Shown: positions 40,611-49,972 of the stretch, in pieces | Position numbering within the stretch: position 1 is the stretch's first letter | How the letters are laid out: each line of letters starts with the position of its first letter | DNA from: Acidimicrobiaceae bacterium | Lineage (GTDB): Bacteria; Actinomycetota; Acidimicrobiia; Acidimicrobiales; Bog-793 | Assembly (NCBI GenBank): GCA_003140595.1 | Contig: PLKG01000138.1 | Location: forward strand, 58,056 to 122,055 | DNA length: 64,000 bases | Direction of reading: 5' to 3' | The notes under the pieces: generated by a model | Database searches by the model: none | What the model was told of the DNA's origin: nothing | What the model saw: the letters and a program-made list of their open reading frames with translations, nothing else | Program-made: the position numbers and the translations under genes

Positions 40611-41476
40611 CCAACCTCGAGCGGAAGCTGAGGATCGGCGCTCCACTCGGTAAGCGATCCGTCGTAGAGGAGAACATCGTCGCGGCCGAGCATGGAGAGC
40701 ACGAAGATGTCGACCGTGGCCGAGATGCCCCCACCGCAGTAGGCGATCATCGGGACCGCCGGGTCGGAGTCGAGCAGGCCCCCGAGCTCACTGGCCAGCT
40801 CTTCCCGCGGTCGAAAGCACCATGTCTCCGGATCGACGAGCGACTGTGCCGGTGCGCTCACCGATCCCGGGATCCGGCCCGGCCTGGTGTAGGCGCCCGG
40901 CCCCTCACCCCGGAAGGCGCGTGGCGTCAGCGCATTGACGAGGCAGGCCGGTTCTCCGCCCACCGCCTTCAAGACGTCCTCTTTGGTGGCGACGAGCTCC
41001 CGCCGCGCCCGAGCGAGGAAACTCGCGGGCTCGACAGCCGGCGTCTCGGTGCTCACCGGGTATCCCGCCCGGCGCCACGACCGCAGACCACCGTCGAGCA
41101 CACGCACATCGTCGAACGCGAAATAGCGCAGAAGCCACCACAGCCGGGAGGCCCACATCGGCGACTCCTGCGCGTAGGCGACCACGCGGGTACCTGGCCC
41201 CACTCCAAGCGTTCCCATGGCCCGCGCGAAGTGCTCCGGCTTGGGCAAAGTGAAACGAAACGAAGACTCAGGGTCGGAGAGGTCACCGGGGACATCGGCG
41301 AAGATCGCGCCGGGGATGTGAGCCTCGCCATAGCGCGCCCGCCCGCTCTCGACGGTGTAAGGCCCATCGGCAACTTCACGGACGAGGAACGCCGTCGCGT
41401 CGATGACTCGAAGTTGCGGGTCGTCGAGCTCTCCGTAAAGGCTCGGCGCGTCGATCAGCATCTGGTCTCTCGCCAC
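40607..41476 (-). CDS. Tandem-rhodanese sulfurtransferase (SseA / 3-mercaptopyruvate-type)
   Basis: Two rhodanese domains with an active-site loop YCGGGISAT in the C-terminal domain. HIPGAIF lies in the N-terminal domain. Confidence 0.82.
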   Translation of the reverse strand: MARDQMLIDAPSLYGELDDPQLRVIDATAFLVREVADGPYTVESGRARYGEAHIPGAIFADVPGDLSDPESSFRFTLPKPEHFARAMGTLGVGPGTRVVAYAQESPMWASRLWWLLRYFAFDDVRVLDGGLRSWRRAGYPVSTETPAVEPASFLARARRELVATKEDVLKAVGGEPACLVNALTPRAFRGEGPGAYTRPGRIPGSVSAPAQSLVDPETWCFRPREELASELGGLLDSDPAVPMIAYCGGGISATVDIFVLSMLGRDDVLLYDGSLTEWSADPQLPLEVG

Positions 41477-41570
41477 GCCATCAGTTTAACCGCAGAGGTT
41501 CTAAACACGACTATTTCGACCGACATTATACTGTTTGTCGCTCAGCCCGCCACCTCGAGGAGGCAGAACC

Positions 41571-42542
41571 ATGATCGATGTCGGCGTCGTCCTGCCGACT
41601 CGCCTGCGGCCGGGTGCTCTCGCACCCGAGGCGGTCCTGCGTATTGCCGAGGCCGCTGACCACACGTCGCTTTGGAGCCACGTGTGGGTGACCGACTCGG
41701 TCATCTCACTGCCGTTCTACGATTCGGTCGTCCTTTTGGCCGCGTGTGCGGCAAGGACGTCGCGGGTGCGCCTGGGCGTGGCCTGCGCGGCGAGCCTCGG
41801 ACTGCGCCATCCGCTCATCGTGGCTCAACAGTGGGCCAATCTCGACGTCCTGTCGGGCGGGCGCATGACTTTCGTCGCCTGTCCAGGGGAGGCGGCCGGC
41901 GCGACACGCGCGCACGAGCTAGCTGCTTTCAACATGGACCATCCTGAGAAGCTCGCTCGCATGGAGGAGAACCTGGAGTTCCTCCGCGCGGTGAGCCGAG
42001 GCGGCCCGGTGTCCTTTTCCGGCAAGTACTTCGCGATCGACGACTTCGACCTAGTGCCGGCCTTCTTGCAGCAACCGCTGCCCATTTGGATGGCAGGCAA
42101 TCCTCCCGCTGGCACTTCGGCCTCACGGGTGAGAAGCGTCCTCGAACGAGTGGCCCGCTTCGGCGACGGGTGGCTCACCTTCGCTGTGACGCCCGACACC
42201 TTGGCGGAACGCAAGACTGCTCTGGAGGAGCTCCGTGCGTCGCTCGGCCGAACCCCCGACGGCGAGTTCCCCGTCTGTGTGTTCTTGAACGTCAACGTCA
42301 ACCTCGTCGCCCACATCGCCGTCGACGATGCGCTGTCGATGTGGAAACGACAGTCCACGCGCAACGTCTCGGAAGATCAGCTCCGCCAGGTAGCTGCGAT
42401 CGGCAGCCCCGAGCAGACGGCGGACTTCATCGGCCGTCTCGTCGAAGCCGGAGCCACGGCTGTCGCGATGGAGCTCCTCAGCCAGAACCCGCTGGCCCAG
42501 CTCGAGATAATCAGCGAGTACCTGCTTCCATTGCTGGCCTAG
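41571..42542 (+). CDS. LLM-class (luciferase-like) flavin/F420-dependent oxidoreductase
   Basis: MIDVGVVLPT start after GAGGAGG. The product is about 323 aa and has the general LLM TIM-barrel pattern (SLWSHVWVTDS, GRMTFVACPG, LPIWMAGN). Cofactor and substrate are unknown. Confidence 0.6.
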   Translation: MIDVGVVLPTRLRPGALAPEAVLRIAEAADHTSLWSHVWVTDSVISLPFYDSVVLLAACAARTSRVRLGVACAASLGLRHPLIVAQQWANLDVLSGGRMTFVACPGEAAGATRAHELAAFNMDHPEKLARMEENLEFLRAVSRGGPVSFSGKYFAIDDFDLVPAFLQQPLPIWMAGNPPAGTSASRVRSVLERVARFGDGWLTFAVTPDTLAERKTALEELRASLGRTPDGEFPVCVFLNVNVNLVAHIAVDDALSMWKRQSTRNVSEDQLRQVAAIGSPEQTADFIGRLVEAGATAVAMELLSQNPLAQLEIISEYLLPLLA

Positions 42543-42628
42543 GCACCGACTGCGCGCTCAGAAGGGCCCCGTTCAGAAGATACGAGTCGGTTGCCCGCAT
42601 GACTCCCGCGCCGGGCAGCTACGCACCA

Positions 42629-42956
42629 TCACGCGCCCCGAGAGCTCAGCATCGACCTGAGCCTCAAGGTGACAAGGCCGAAGAAGCCGAAAGCCAAGGG
42701 GACAGGTATGCCAAGCCCGTGGCCGATCGTGACCATGTCCCCGTGGTTCCACAAGAGGTTGGTCCACGCGTCGACGGCCTAGGCCTGCGGCGTGGCGTGA
42801 CCGATCTCGCGCATCGTGGTCGAGACGATCGAGAGCGTCCGCATGCACCCGCCGCGCGTCGCGAACACGATCCCGACGATCGGGCCTATGGCGCTCGCTT
42901 GCTCGGGGTCCGAAGAACCTGCCCACGACCATGCCGGCGCCCGCGCCGACAACGCA
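42629..42956 (-). pseudogene. Disrupted small membrane-protein gene; weak GlsB/YeaQ/YmgE-like pattern
   Basis: High third-position GC identifies a minus-strand coding frame that is broken by an in-frame TAG at 42779-42781. An apparent frame switch lies near 42905-42915, and a further TAG at 42957-42959 immediately precedes the hydrophobic start. Conceptual product: VVGAGAGMVVGRFFG / PEQASAIGPIVGIVFATRGGCMRTLS ... IPVPLAFGFFGLVTLRLR. Confidence 0.3.
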
Positions 42957-43048
42957 CTACACCATGAGCAGCGCGACGGCAGCCAAGCGGCCGGCGGGCT
43001 GGCTCGACACCGCAGCGTCGGGGGTCGCCGCCGCCGGGCGCGAGACGA

Positions 43049-43546
43049 TCAGGCCCGGATCACGCGCGGCATGACGAGCCACGACAGGACTCCGGTGCCC
43101 GGACCGACCTCGCCCCAGTCCTCGACCAGCAGGTCGACCCGGGCCAGTGCCGCGGTCGGCATCCGGACGAGACCACCGCCTATGAGGAGCCTGACGGTCT
43201 CCGAGCACGTTGGCTCATGGCCCACGACCATCAGCAGCCGCGTCGCCTCCGGCTCCCGGCGGACCTCACCGAGCAGTCCCTCGACGCCTTGGTCGTAGAC
43301 GGCGTCGGACTCGCGCACCGAGCACGTCCAACCCCTGGCCTGGCTCGCCAGCGCGAGTGTCGTAGTGGCACGCAGCGCCGGCGAGCAGATGACCGACTCG
43401 GGCACCTCTGTCGCGCTGAGAAAGCGGCCGGCCGCCCTCGCGGCCTTGCGGCCCCGTTTCGCCAGCGGTCGCTCGAGGTCCGGTCCGCCGAAGTCCGCCG
43501 ACCAGTCGGACTTCGAATGCCTGAAGACGATCAGTGAGCGGGACAT
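43049..43546 (-). CDS. sixA: Histidine phosphatase family protein (SixA-like phosphohistidine phosphatase)
   Basis: LIVFRHSKSDW (RHG-type motif), RPLAKRGRKAA and VVGHEP. Trimmed to ATG 43546 from a 280-aa track ORF. Confidence 0.75.
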   Translation of the reverse strand: MSRSLIVFRHSKSDWSADFGGPDLERPLAKRGRKAARAAGRFLSATEVPESVICSPALRATTTLALASQARGWTCSVRESDAVYDQGVEGLLGEVRREPEATRLLMVVGHEPTCSETVRLLIGGGLVRMPTAALARVDLLVEDWGEVGPGTGVLSWLVMPRVIRA

Positions 43547-43566
43547 ATGGACGGTACCGACCGGGC

Positions 43567-44049
43567 TCAGAGCTTGTAGCCGATGTCGCGGAGTAGGGAC
43601 TTGCGCTCGGCAACGTCCTGGTGGGTCTCCACACCGCGCGGGGCCGAACCGTCGATCACTCCGAGGACACCGCGACCGAGGTCCGTCTCGGCCAGCAAGA
43701 CCTCCACCCGATTCGCGGTGGCGCAGTAGACGGTGCAGACCTCGGCGACCTGCTTCAGCTGGTTGAGCACGTTGACCGGGTAGCCCTCGCGGACGAATAC
43801 GACAAAGCAGTGGCCCGCGCCCAGCGCCAGTGCGTTGGCGACGGCAAGGTCCTCGAGCTCGGTGTCGTTGCCGGAATGACGGACCAGGCACTTGCCCGAG
43901 GCCTCGCAGAAAGCCAGCCCGAAGCGCAGGTACGGGCTCGACCCGACGAGCGCCTCATGGAGGTCCTCGACCGTCTTGACGAAGTGCGCCTGGCCCAGGA
44001 TCACGTTGAGATCGTCTGGCTTTTCTATGGGAACCACAATCAGCTGCAC
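43567..44049 (-). CDS. Adenosine-specific kinase family protein (PF04008-like)
   Basis: The 160-aa product with [57 protein letters not shown] and LLRDIGYKL matches my recollection of this family. GTG 44049 follows GGAGAGAG. Confidence 0.7.
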   Translation of the reverse strand: MQLIVVPIEKPDDLNVILGQAHFVKTVEDLHEALVGSSPYLRFGLAFCEASGKCLVRHSGNDTELEDLAVANALALGAGHCFVVFVREGYPVNVLNQLKQVAEVCTVYCATANRVEVLLAETDLGRGVLGVIDGSAPRGVETHQDVAERKSLLRDIGYKL

Positions 44050-44199
44050 GCTCTCTCCTGTCCACCGGGCCCACGAGTGAGCCACCAGGGACCCCGCAGG
44101 GTCCGACGCATACAACGAAACTCTGCGCCGCGCAAGGCCTCGGACGCAAGGCCGCCGCCAGAGCGCGGTGTCCGGGCGCGATTTCAGGTAGAAGGGTGC

Positions 44200-45180
44200 A
44201 TGCGAAAAAGGACACTCGGCCAGGCCCTCACAGTGTCGGCACAGGGCCTCGGCTGCATGGGAATGTCGGAGTTCTACGGCCGAGGCGACGACGAGGAGTC
44301 GGTCGCCACGATCCACAGGGCGCTCGATATCGGGGTCTCGTTCCTCGACACCGCTGACATGTACGGCCCGTTCATCAACGAGCGGCTCGTAGGCCGGGCC
44401 ATCGCCGGACGGCGCGACGAGGTAGTGCTGGCTACAAAGTTCGGCAACGAGAGAGCGGCCGACGGAAGCTACCTCGGTGTCAACGGCCGGCCGGAGTACG
44501 TCCGCCGGGCTTGCGACGCCTCGCTCGCGCGCCTCGGGGTGGACCACATCGACCTCTACTACCAGCACCGTGTGGACACCAAAACCCCCATCGAGGAGAC
44601 CGTCGGCGCAATGGCCGACCTGGTCGCCGCCGGCAAGGTCCACCATTTGGGGCTCTCCGAAGCGGCCCCGGACACGATCCGCCGTGCACACTCCACCCAC
44701 CCGATCACCGCGCTCCAGACCGAGTGGTCGCTGTGGACCCGGGACCCGGAGACCAACGGCGTGCTCGACACTGTGCGCGAGCTCGGTATCGGCTTCGTCG
44801 CGTACTCACCGCTCGGCCGTGGTTTCCTGTCCGGTTCGATCAACAACCTCGACGATCTCGCTGAGGACGACTTCCGTCGCCGAAACCCCCGTTTCGCGGG
44901 CGAGAACCTCGACAAGAACCTGGTCCTAGTGGAACGGGTGAGGAAGATCGCGACACAAAAGGGTGTCTCGCCGGCCCAGGTCGCGCTCGCCTGGCTGTTG
45001 GCCCAGGGCGACGACGTCGTCCCGATCCCCGGGACCAAGCGCCGGAAGTACCTCGAGGACAACGCCGCCGCCGACGAGATCCGGCTCAGCTCCGCAGAGC
45101 TCGCCGTGTTCGACGAGGCGTTCCCGCCCGGGGCTACGGCCGGAGACCGCTACCCGGACATGTCGACCGTGCACCGCTGA
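44200..45180 (+). CDS. Aldo/keto reductase
   Basis: [42 protein letters not shown] and IPIPGTKR blocks. Trimmed to ATG 44200. Confidence 0.88.
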   Translation: MRKRTLGQALTVSAQGLGCMGMSEFYGRGDDEESVATIHRALDIGVSFLDTADMYGPFINERLVGRAIAGRRDEVVLATKFGNERAADGSYLGVNGRPEYVRRACDASLARLGVDHIDLYYQHRVDTKTPIEETVGAMADLVAAGKVHHLGLSEAAPDTIRRAHSTHPITALQTEWSLWTRDPETNGVLDTVRELGIGFVAYSPLGRGFLSGSINNLDDLAEDDFRRRNPRFAGENLDKNLVLVERVRKIATQKGVSPAQVALAWLLAQGDDVVPIPGTKRRKYLEDNAAADEIRLSSAELAVFDEAFPPGATAGDRYPDMSTVHR

Positions 45181-45777
45181 TCCTGCCCGGACCTCGACTC
45201 CTCTCGTGTCCCGGCAGGGCACGCCCCCTTCAACAGGAGCCGTCCGATCGGGTCCAGTCGTCGGGGAAATCCGTTCGCAATGAACTGGCGCCTCAAGCCG
45301 GAATGTACCTCGTCCGATAACAGAGGATGAGAAGAACCGTATCTCGGGACCGCGCCAAGAGGAGCAAGGCACATGGGAGAGCCTTTCCACGTCGGAGGAG
45401 AAGGACGGTCCCGGTGATCTGGCGGACGGACGTTTCCGACGCGATCTGCCGCGCTGTCGACGCGGCCGAGCCGCCAGAGGAGGGGGTTGAAGACCAGGTG
45501 ATCTACACCGCCAATGCTGGCGAGAACGACCCTGCCCGGCTCGTTCGCCCTGCCGAGCCTTCCCGCTCTCACGGCCCCAGACCGCCGACGGTTACGGCCC
45601 TGCCGACACGCATTGCGTGGCGCAAGGTCAGCTGAAGACGGGTCGCCAAAGTGGTCCAAGCCAGATTTGGAGCCGACCAGTCGAGTGCTCACCTCGCTCA
45701 TCGCGAATGTGCCGTCTCAGTTGTGACGCCGCGACGGCGAACGCGAGTGAGGGCGACCTCCGCGACCCACTACTCGC

Positions 45778-47592
45778 ATGCTCGTATCTCAAGGCCGCGA
45801 CATGCCCGCGCAAGCTAACGCGAAAGCACCGCTGGGCACTCCTGTTCGCCACGCCTTCGGTCAGCCCGTCCGGCTCTGGGTGTACGTCTTCGCCGTCCTC
45901 ATCGCCGGGCTGGCGGTGGTGTTCGGACCGTTGCGCTTCGCAGCTGCGGTATCGGCCGGCAATGTCCCGGCGATCCCATGGTGGGGGATCTTCCTCCTCG
46001 CCACCGCCGCGGAGCTGGCGAGCGTGGAACTGCCCATCCGAAGGACCAACGTTGTCTTAACGTTAAATGACGCAGTCCTGATCGTGGCCATCCTGGGCAC
46101 GAGTCCTTTCGTGACGGCGATCGCGATGGCTTGCAGCCTCGGGCTAGTGCAGGCCGTGCAGAAACGCGCTCCGGTGCAGGTGATCTTCAACTTCGGGGCC
46201 CAGCTGCTGGCGATCCCCCTTTACTACGCGCTGCTGCGATTGATGGTTCAGCCGGACGCGATCTTCTCCTCGCGAAGCGTCGTCGCGTATCTGGTGACTG
46301 TGGCCCTGCTTAACGAGCTTGCCAACGTCGAGATATCAGCGGCTATGTACCTGTCCGAATTCGACTTCACGATCCTCACCGAAGGCCTGACCTCCACAGC
46401 CCCGATGGTGTTCGTCATAGCGCTCGGCAACGGCGTCATCGCCACGATCGTCCTGGTCATGACCGTTGCCGCTCCCGTGTTGCTCCTGACCATCCCGATC
46501 CCGATCCTGCTCATCGTCGCCGCCTACCGCGCACAGATAACCAGGCGCAAACAGCTGAGCGAGATCGAGAACCTCTTCGCGGCGACGCGAATCCTGAGCC
46601 ACTCCAAGAGCGTCCACACCGGCGCCGTGGACTTCCTGTTCCACATCGCCAAGATGTTCCACGCAACACTTGTGGAGCTCACGTTGTTGCCGTCTGGCCC
46701 GGGGAACCCCGCGCTCGTCACGAGAACCATGAACGGAGTGGCCGACGAGGTCATGGAGTCGACACCGGTCGAGTCACTTCCGAGCGGTCTCGCGGACACC
46801 CTTGCCGGAGACAACGTCCTCGTCACCAAGACTCTGGGCCTCGACACGCCCCTGTCGCGGTATATCGCGGCCGATGACAGGCCCACGGGAATGGGCGTGA
46901 CGGTCCCCGCTGCCGACAACGCTCCTGCTCTCGGTTATCTCGTCGTGGCCCACCGCAACAAGTTCGTCGGCGACTTTGAGCAGACCGACCTGCAACTGTT
47001 GGGCACGCTCGCGAAACAACTCGCCTTCGCCCTGCAAAACGGCCGGCTGCACGAGGACCTCGCCCGGCTGGAAGGCGCTCAGGACGAGCTCATGCGCAAG
47101 GCTTTCCACGACCCGCTCACCGGGCTTGCGAACCGGGCGCTGTTCCTGGATCACATCGAGGGTGCCTTCCATCGCGCGGCGCGCGGAGGGAGCCTTGTCT
47201 TCCTCCTCTACATAGACCTCGACGAATTCAAGAAGATCAATGACACATTGGGTCACGCGGCCGGCGACGAGCTCCTCGTTCAGGTAGCCGGCAGGCTCAG
47301 CAACTGTGTCCGAGCGACCGACACCGTCGCGCGGCTCGGCGGCGATGAATTCGCGATCCTGCTGGAGCAGGCTGCATCGCTGGATGTGGTGGAGGTGATC
47401 GCCCGACGGATCGTCGACAGCATCGGCGAATCGTTCACTCTCACGAGCGGCGTCGCAGTGATCGGCTCCTCTGTGGGGATCGCGTTCACCGAGCCGTTCG
47501 GTCAGAGCTCGGCAGAGCTGATGAAGTCAGCCGACGCCGCCATGTACACAGCCAAGAGGTCCGGGAAGGGACGCCACCATGTCGCAGTCTGA
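45778..47592 (+). CDS. Membrane-anchored diguanylate cyclase (multi-TM sensor, GAF-like linker, GGDEF)
   Basis: About 8 hydrophobic segments, then HDPLTGLANRALF ... IDLDEFKKINDTLGHAAGDELL ... RLGGDEFAILL. An RxxD I-site (RATD) lies 5 residues upstream of GGDEF. Confidence 0.88.
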   Translation: MLVSQGRDMPAQANAKAPLGTPVRHAFGQPVRLWVYVFAVLIAGLAVVFGPLRFAAAVSAGNVPAIPWWGIFLLATAAELASVELPIRRTNVVLTLNDAVLIVAILGTSPFVTAIAMACSLGLVQAVQKRAPVQVIFNFGAQLLAIPLYYALLRLMVQPDAIFSSRSVVAYLVTVALLNELANVEISAAMYLSEFDFTILTEGLTSTAPMVFVIALGNGVIATIVLVMTVAAPVLLLTIPIPILLIVAAYRAQITRRKQLSEIENLFAATRILSHSKSVHTGAVDFLFHIAKMFHATLVELTLLPSGPGNPALVTRTMNGVADEVMESTPVESLPSGLADTLAGDNVLVTKTLGLDTPLSRYIAADDRPTGMGVTVPAADNAPALGYLVVAHRNKFVGDFEQTDLQLLGTLAKQLAFALQNGRLHEDLARLEGAQDELMRKAFHDPLTGLANRALFLDHIEGAFHRAARGGSLVFLLYIDLDEFKKINDTLGHAAGDELLVQVAGRLSNCVRATDTVARLGGDEFAILLEQAASLDVVEVIARRIVDSIGESFTLTSGVAVIGSSVGIAFTEPFGQSSAELMKSADAAMYTAKRSGKGRHHVAV

Positions 47593-48409
47593 CAACCACA
47601 TAAGACATCACACCGCTGCTGACGCGGTCCATCCGGGAGGCGCTCCATCGCAGAACCGCCAGGCGACGGCGAACGTAGTTAGGCTCCATCCTGTGCGGGC
47701 GAAGGTCGATTCACCTCTCGATGTGGAGCAAGTGCTGAGTGAAGGCTCCTTGCGAGTGGTTTTCCAGCCGGTATGCAACCTGCGGTCACGCGAGGTCATC
47801 GGTTACGAGGCACTGTCGAGGTTCCCGAGACCCGCGCACTCGACACCGCGACAGTGGTTCGACCAGGCGTCGCGGCTCGGGCTCCTGGAGGATCTGGAGC
47901 TCCTCGCCGCCACAATGGCGCTGAAACAGCTCGCCAAGCTCCCGGACAAGGTCTTCCTGGCCGTCAACGTGTCGCCGGCGATAGCCGCCTCGGCGGCATT
48001 CGGCAAGCTTGTCGCCACCATGCCACCCGATCGGCTCGTGCTGGACATCGCCGAGAAGGACGACATGGACGATTACCAACTCTTTATAGCGGTGATCGAC
48101 CACCTGCGTTCGCTGGGCGTGCGGATCGCCTTGGACGACGCCGGCGCCGGAGACGTCAACCTGCAGCACCTTCTCGGAGTCCGGCCCGACATCGTCAAGA
48201 TCGACACGACGGTGATCCACGGGATCGCAGAGGACGAGCTCCGCCAGGCGGTCGCGTGTGCATACGCGAGCCTTGCCAAACGGACAGGCGCCATCAGCCT
48301 GGCCGAGGGGATCGAGACCGAGGCGGAGCTGGCCATGCTCCTGTCGCTCGACATCGAGACCGGCCAGGGTTTCCTCCTTGGTCGTCCGGCGTCGTTGCCC
48401 GCGGCCTGA
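47579..48409 (+). CDS. EAL-domain c-di-GMP phosphodiesterase (stand-alone)
   Basis: VFQPVCNL, GYEALSRFP, VNVSP, ALDDAGAG, KIDTTVI, LAEGIETEAE and GQGFLLGRP. The ATG at 47579 overlaps the GGDEF gene by 14 nt. The true start may be further downstream. Confidence 0.82.
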   Translation: MSQSDNHIRHHTAADAVHPGGAPSQNRQATANVVRLHPVRAKVDSPLDVEQVLSEGSLRVVFQPVCNLRSREVIGYEALSRFPRPAHSTPRQWFDQASRLGLLEDLELLAATMALKQLAKLPDKVFLAVNVSPAIAASAAFGKLVATMPPDRLVLDIAEKDDMDDYQLFIAVIDHLRSLGVRIALDDAGAGDVNLQHLLGVRPDIVKIDTTVIHGIAEDELRQAVACAYASLAKRTGAISLAEGIETEAELAMLLSLDIETGQGFLLGRPASLPAA

Positions 48410-48430
48410 CGCGACCTTCGCTGTCGCGTC
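48408..48430. terminator. Perfect 8-bp GC hairpin between convergent genes
   Basis: GACGCGAC-cttcgct-GTCGCGTC overlaps the EAL stop codon, 13 nt from the SDR stop. There is no U-tract. Confidence 0.4.
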
Positions 48431-48442
48431 CTCGCTCAAAGA

Positions 48443-49354
48443 TCAGAGCGCGAACGTCACTCCGGTCAGCTCCTCTGACACTTTCCACAGGTGTCGCGCC
48501 GTGTCCTGGTCCCTGGCCGACTCTTTCGCCTGCACGAGCGTCGGATAGCCGCGAAGGCCCCCGAGGCCCCCCGGGCCGTAGAAGCACCCGCTCTCAGCCG
48601 CGGGGTCGACCGCCGCGTAGAGTTCGCCCAGCGCGCCCATATAGGCGCTCTGGGCGAACAGGCGGTTGCCGAGCTTCATCAACTCCTTCATGATCCCCGT
48701 CGGGCCGCTCGACTGCAGGTTCGTGGCCGACCAGCCGGGGTGGGCCAGCAGCGAGCGGACGGGGATCCCCGCCGCGCGCACGCGGCGGTCCAGCTCAAGG
48801 GCGAAGAGCACGTTGGCGAACTTGGACTGCTGGTAAAAGGCCCTCGGCGAATACGACCTCTCCCCTGTCAGGTCGTCGAAGTGGATCGATCCGCCCCTGT
48901 GCTCAAGCGAGCTGACCGTTACCACCCGCGCGTCGGAGCTGTCGCGGATCGTGGCGAACAAGAGCGCAGTCAATGCGAAGTGGCCGAGATGGTTGGTCGC
49001 GAACTGGGACTCGAAGCCCTGCGGCGTCAAGGTGCGCGGCGGGTACATGACCCCGGCGTTGTTCACGAGCACGTCGACTGGGACATGATCGCCGGTGATC
49101 ATCGCAGCGAAGGCCCGCACCGAGTCGAGGTCCGCGAGATCCAACAGCGCGAAGTCGACGTGGACTTCCCGCCTCTCGGCTCTGATCCGGTCGACGGCGC
49201 CCTGCCCCTTCTCCTCACTGCGGCTGGTGATCATCACGCGGGCGCCGTGCAGGGCGAGCTGGCGGGCGGTCTGGAACCCGAGCCCGCTGTTGGCGCCGGT
49301 GACGACAAAGCTCCTGCCGGACTGGTCCTTGATCTGGGCGGTGGTCCAACGCAT
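48443..49354 (-). CDS. Short-chain dehydrogenase/reductase (SDR)
   Basis: VVTGANSGLG (TGxxxGxG), NNAG and the catalytic YQQSK motif. ATG 49354 follows GAGGAG. Confidence 0.88.
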   Translation of the reverse strand: MRWTTAQIKDQSGRSFVVTGANSGLGFQTARQLALHGARVMITSRSEEKGQGAVDRIRAERREVHVDFALLDLADLDSVRAFAAMITGDHVPVDVLVNNAGVMYPPRTLTPQGFESQFATNHLGHFALTALLFATIRDSSDARVVTVSSLEHRGGSIHFDDLTGERSYSPRAFYQQSKFANVLFALELDRRVRAAGIPVRSLLAHPGWSATNLQSSGPTGIMKELMKLGNRLFAQSAYMGALGELYAAVDPAAESGCFYGPGGLGGLRGYPTLVQAKESARDQDTARHLWKVSEELTGVTFAL

Positions 49355-49443
49355 CACGGTGCTCCTCAGCTTGGCGGTCGTAGCGACCTCAACGCTACGG
49401 CAGCCTCGAGGCGATTCTCGGCGTCGACCGGCACCCCGCAAGC

Positions 49444-49932
49444 TCACCGATCGCCTGCGCCGAGCTCACGCACCGGCCCGCCTTGAAAGGCTTCGCCTGG
49501 CAGTCGACGATGTGGCCGTGAGCGGATGAGGAACGCCACTGCTCCAACCGCGACGAGGCAGAGGCCGACGATCAGCCAAGGCAACGGGTCGAGATCCTGC
49601 GTACAGCTCGAACGGGCGGCGAGCTCGGTGCACACCTGGCCTGGCCCGGCGCGGTTGAGGTAGGCGACGTAGACCAGTGGAGCCCCGAGACCGGCAACGA
49701 GGCCGGGAAGGCCCTGCCGGGAGGACCTCCGTGTCAACAGCACCACAGTCGCGACTGTCGCCAGCGGCAGGATGACCATCCCGATCGAAAGGATCGAGAC
49801 GAGGCTGAACGCCCAGGCGGCGCCCAACAGTGTGAAGGCCCCGAACCATGCCCGGGCGCCGACGGCAGGGGCCGCGCCCTCAAGGCGGCTCCGAGGCCCG
49901 AGCTCGGGCGGCGTCCGCGACACAGCACTCAT
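49444..49932 (-). CDS. Hypothetical 4-TM membrane protein (162 aa)
   Basis: Hydrophobic segments WFGAFTLLGAAWAFSLVSILSIGMVILPLATVATVVLL, LVAGLGAPLVYVAYL and WLIVGLCLVAVGAVAFLI. Trimmed to ATG 49932. Confidence 0.5.
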   Translation of the reverse strand: MSAVSRTPPELGPRSRLEGAAPAVGARAWFGAFTLLGAAWAFSLVSILSIGMVILPLATVATVVLLTRRSSRQGLPGLVAGLGAPLVYVAYLNRAGPGQVCTELAARSSCTQDLDPLPWLIVGLCLVAVGAVAFLIRSRPHRRLPGEAFQGGPVRELGAGDR

Positions 49933-49972
49933 GAGACCACACCGCCGGGTCTTACGGGCTCGTTTCGATGGC

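Noticed and set aside
41477-41570. Possible operator or promoter in the AT-rich divergent region between the rhodanese and LLM genes (GTTTAAC...GTTCTAAAC; TATACT at 41527-41532).
   Set aside because: The inverted repeat is weak and imperfect, and there is no convincing -35 element. The support is too thin to list as a feature.
45150-45701. 183-aa minus-strand ORF in the long gap upstream of the GGDEF gene.
   Set aside because: It overlaps the 3' end of the aldo/keto reductase gene. Its composition is Arg/Gly/Pro-rich, it has no motif, and its third-position GC is only moderate.
46048-46066. AT-rich palindromes AACGTT and TTAACGTTAA inside the GGDEF gene's membrane domain.
   Set aside because: They lie within a clearly coding TM segment (RRTNVVLTLNDAVLIV). 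They are an isolated occurrence with no partner site, so probably chance or codon-driven.
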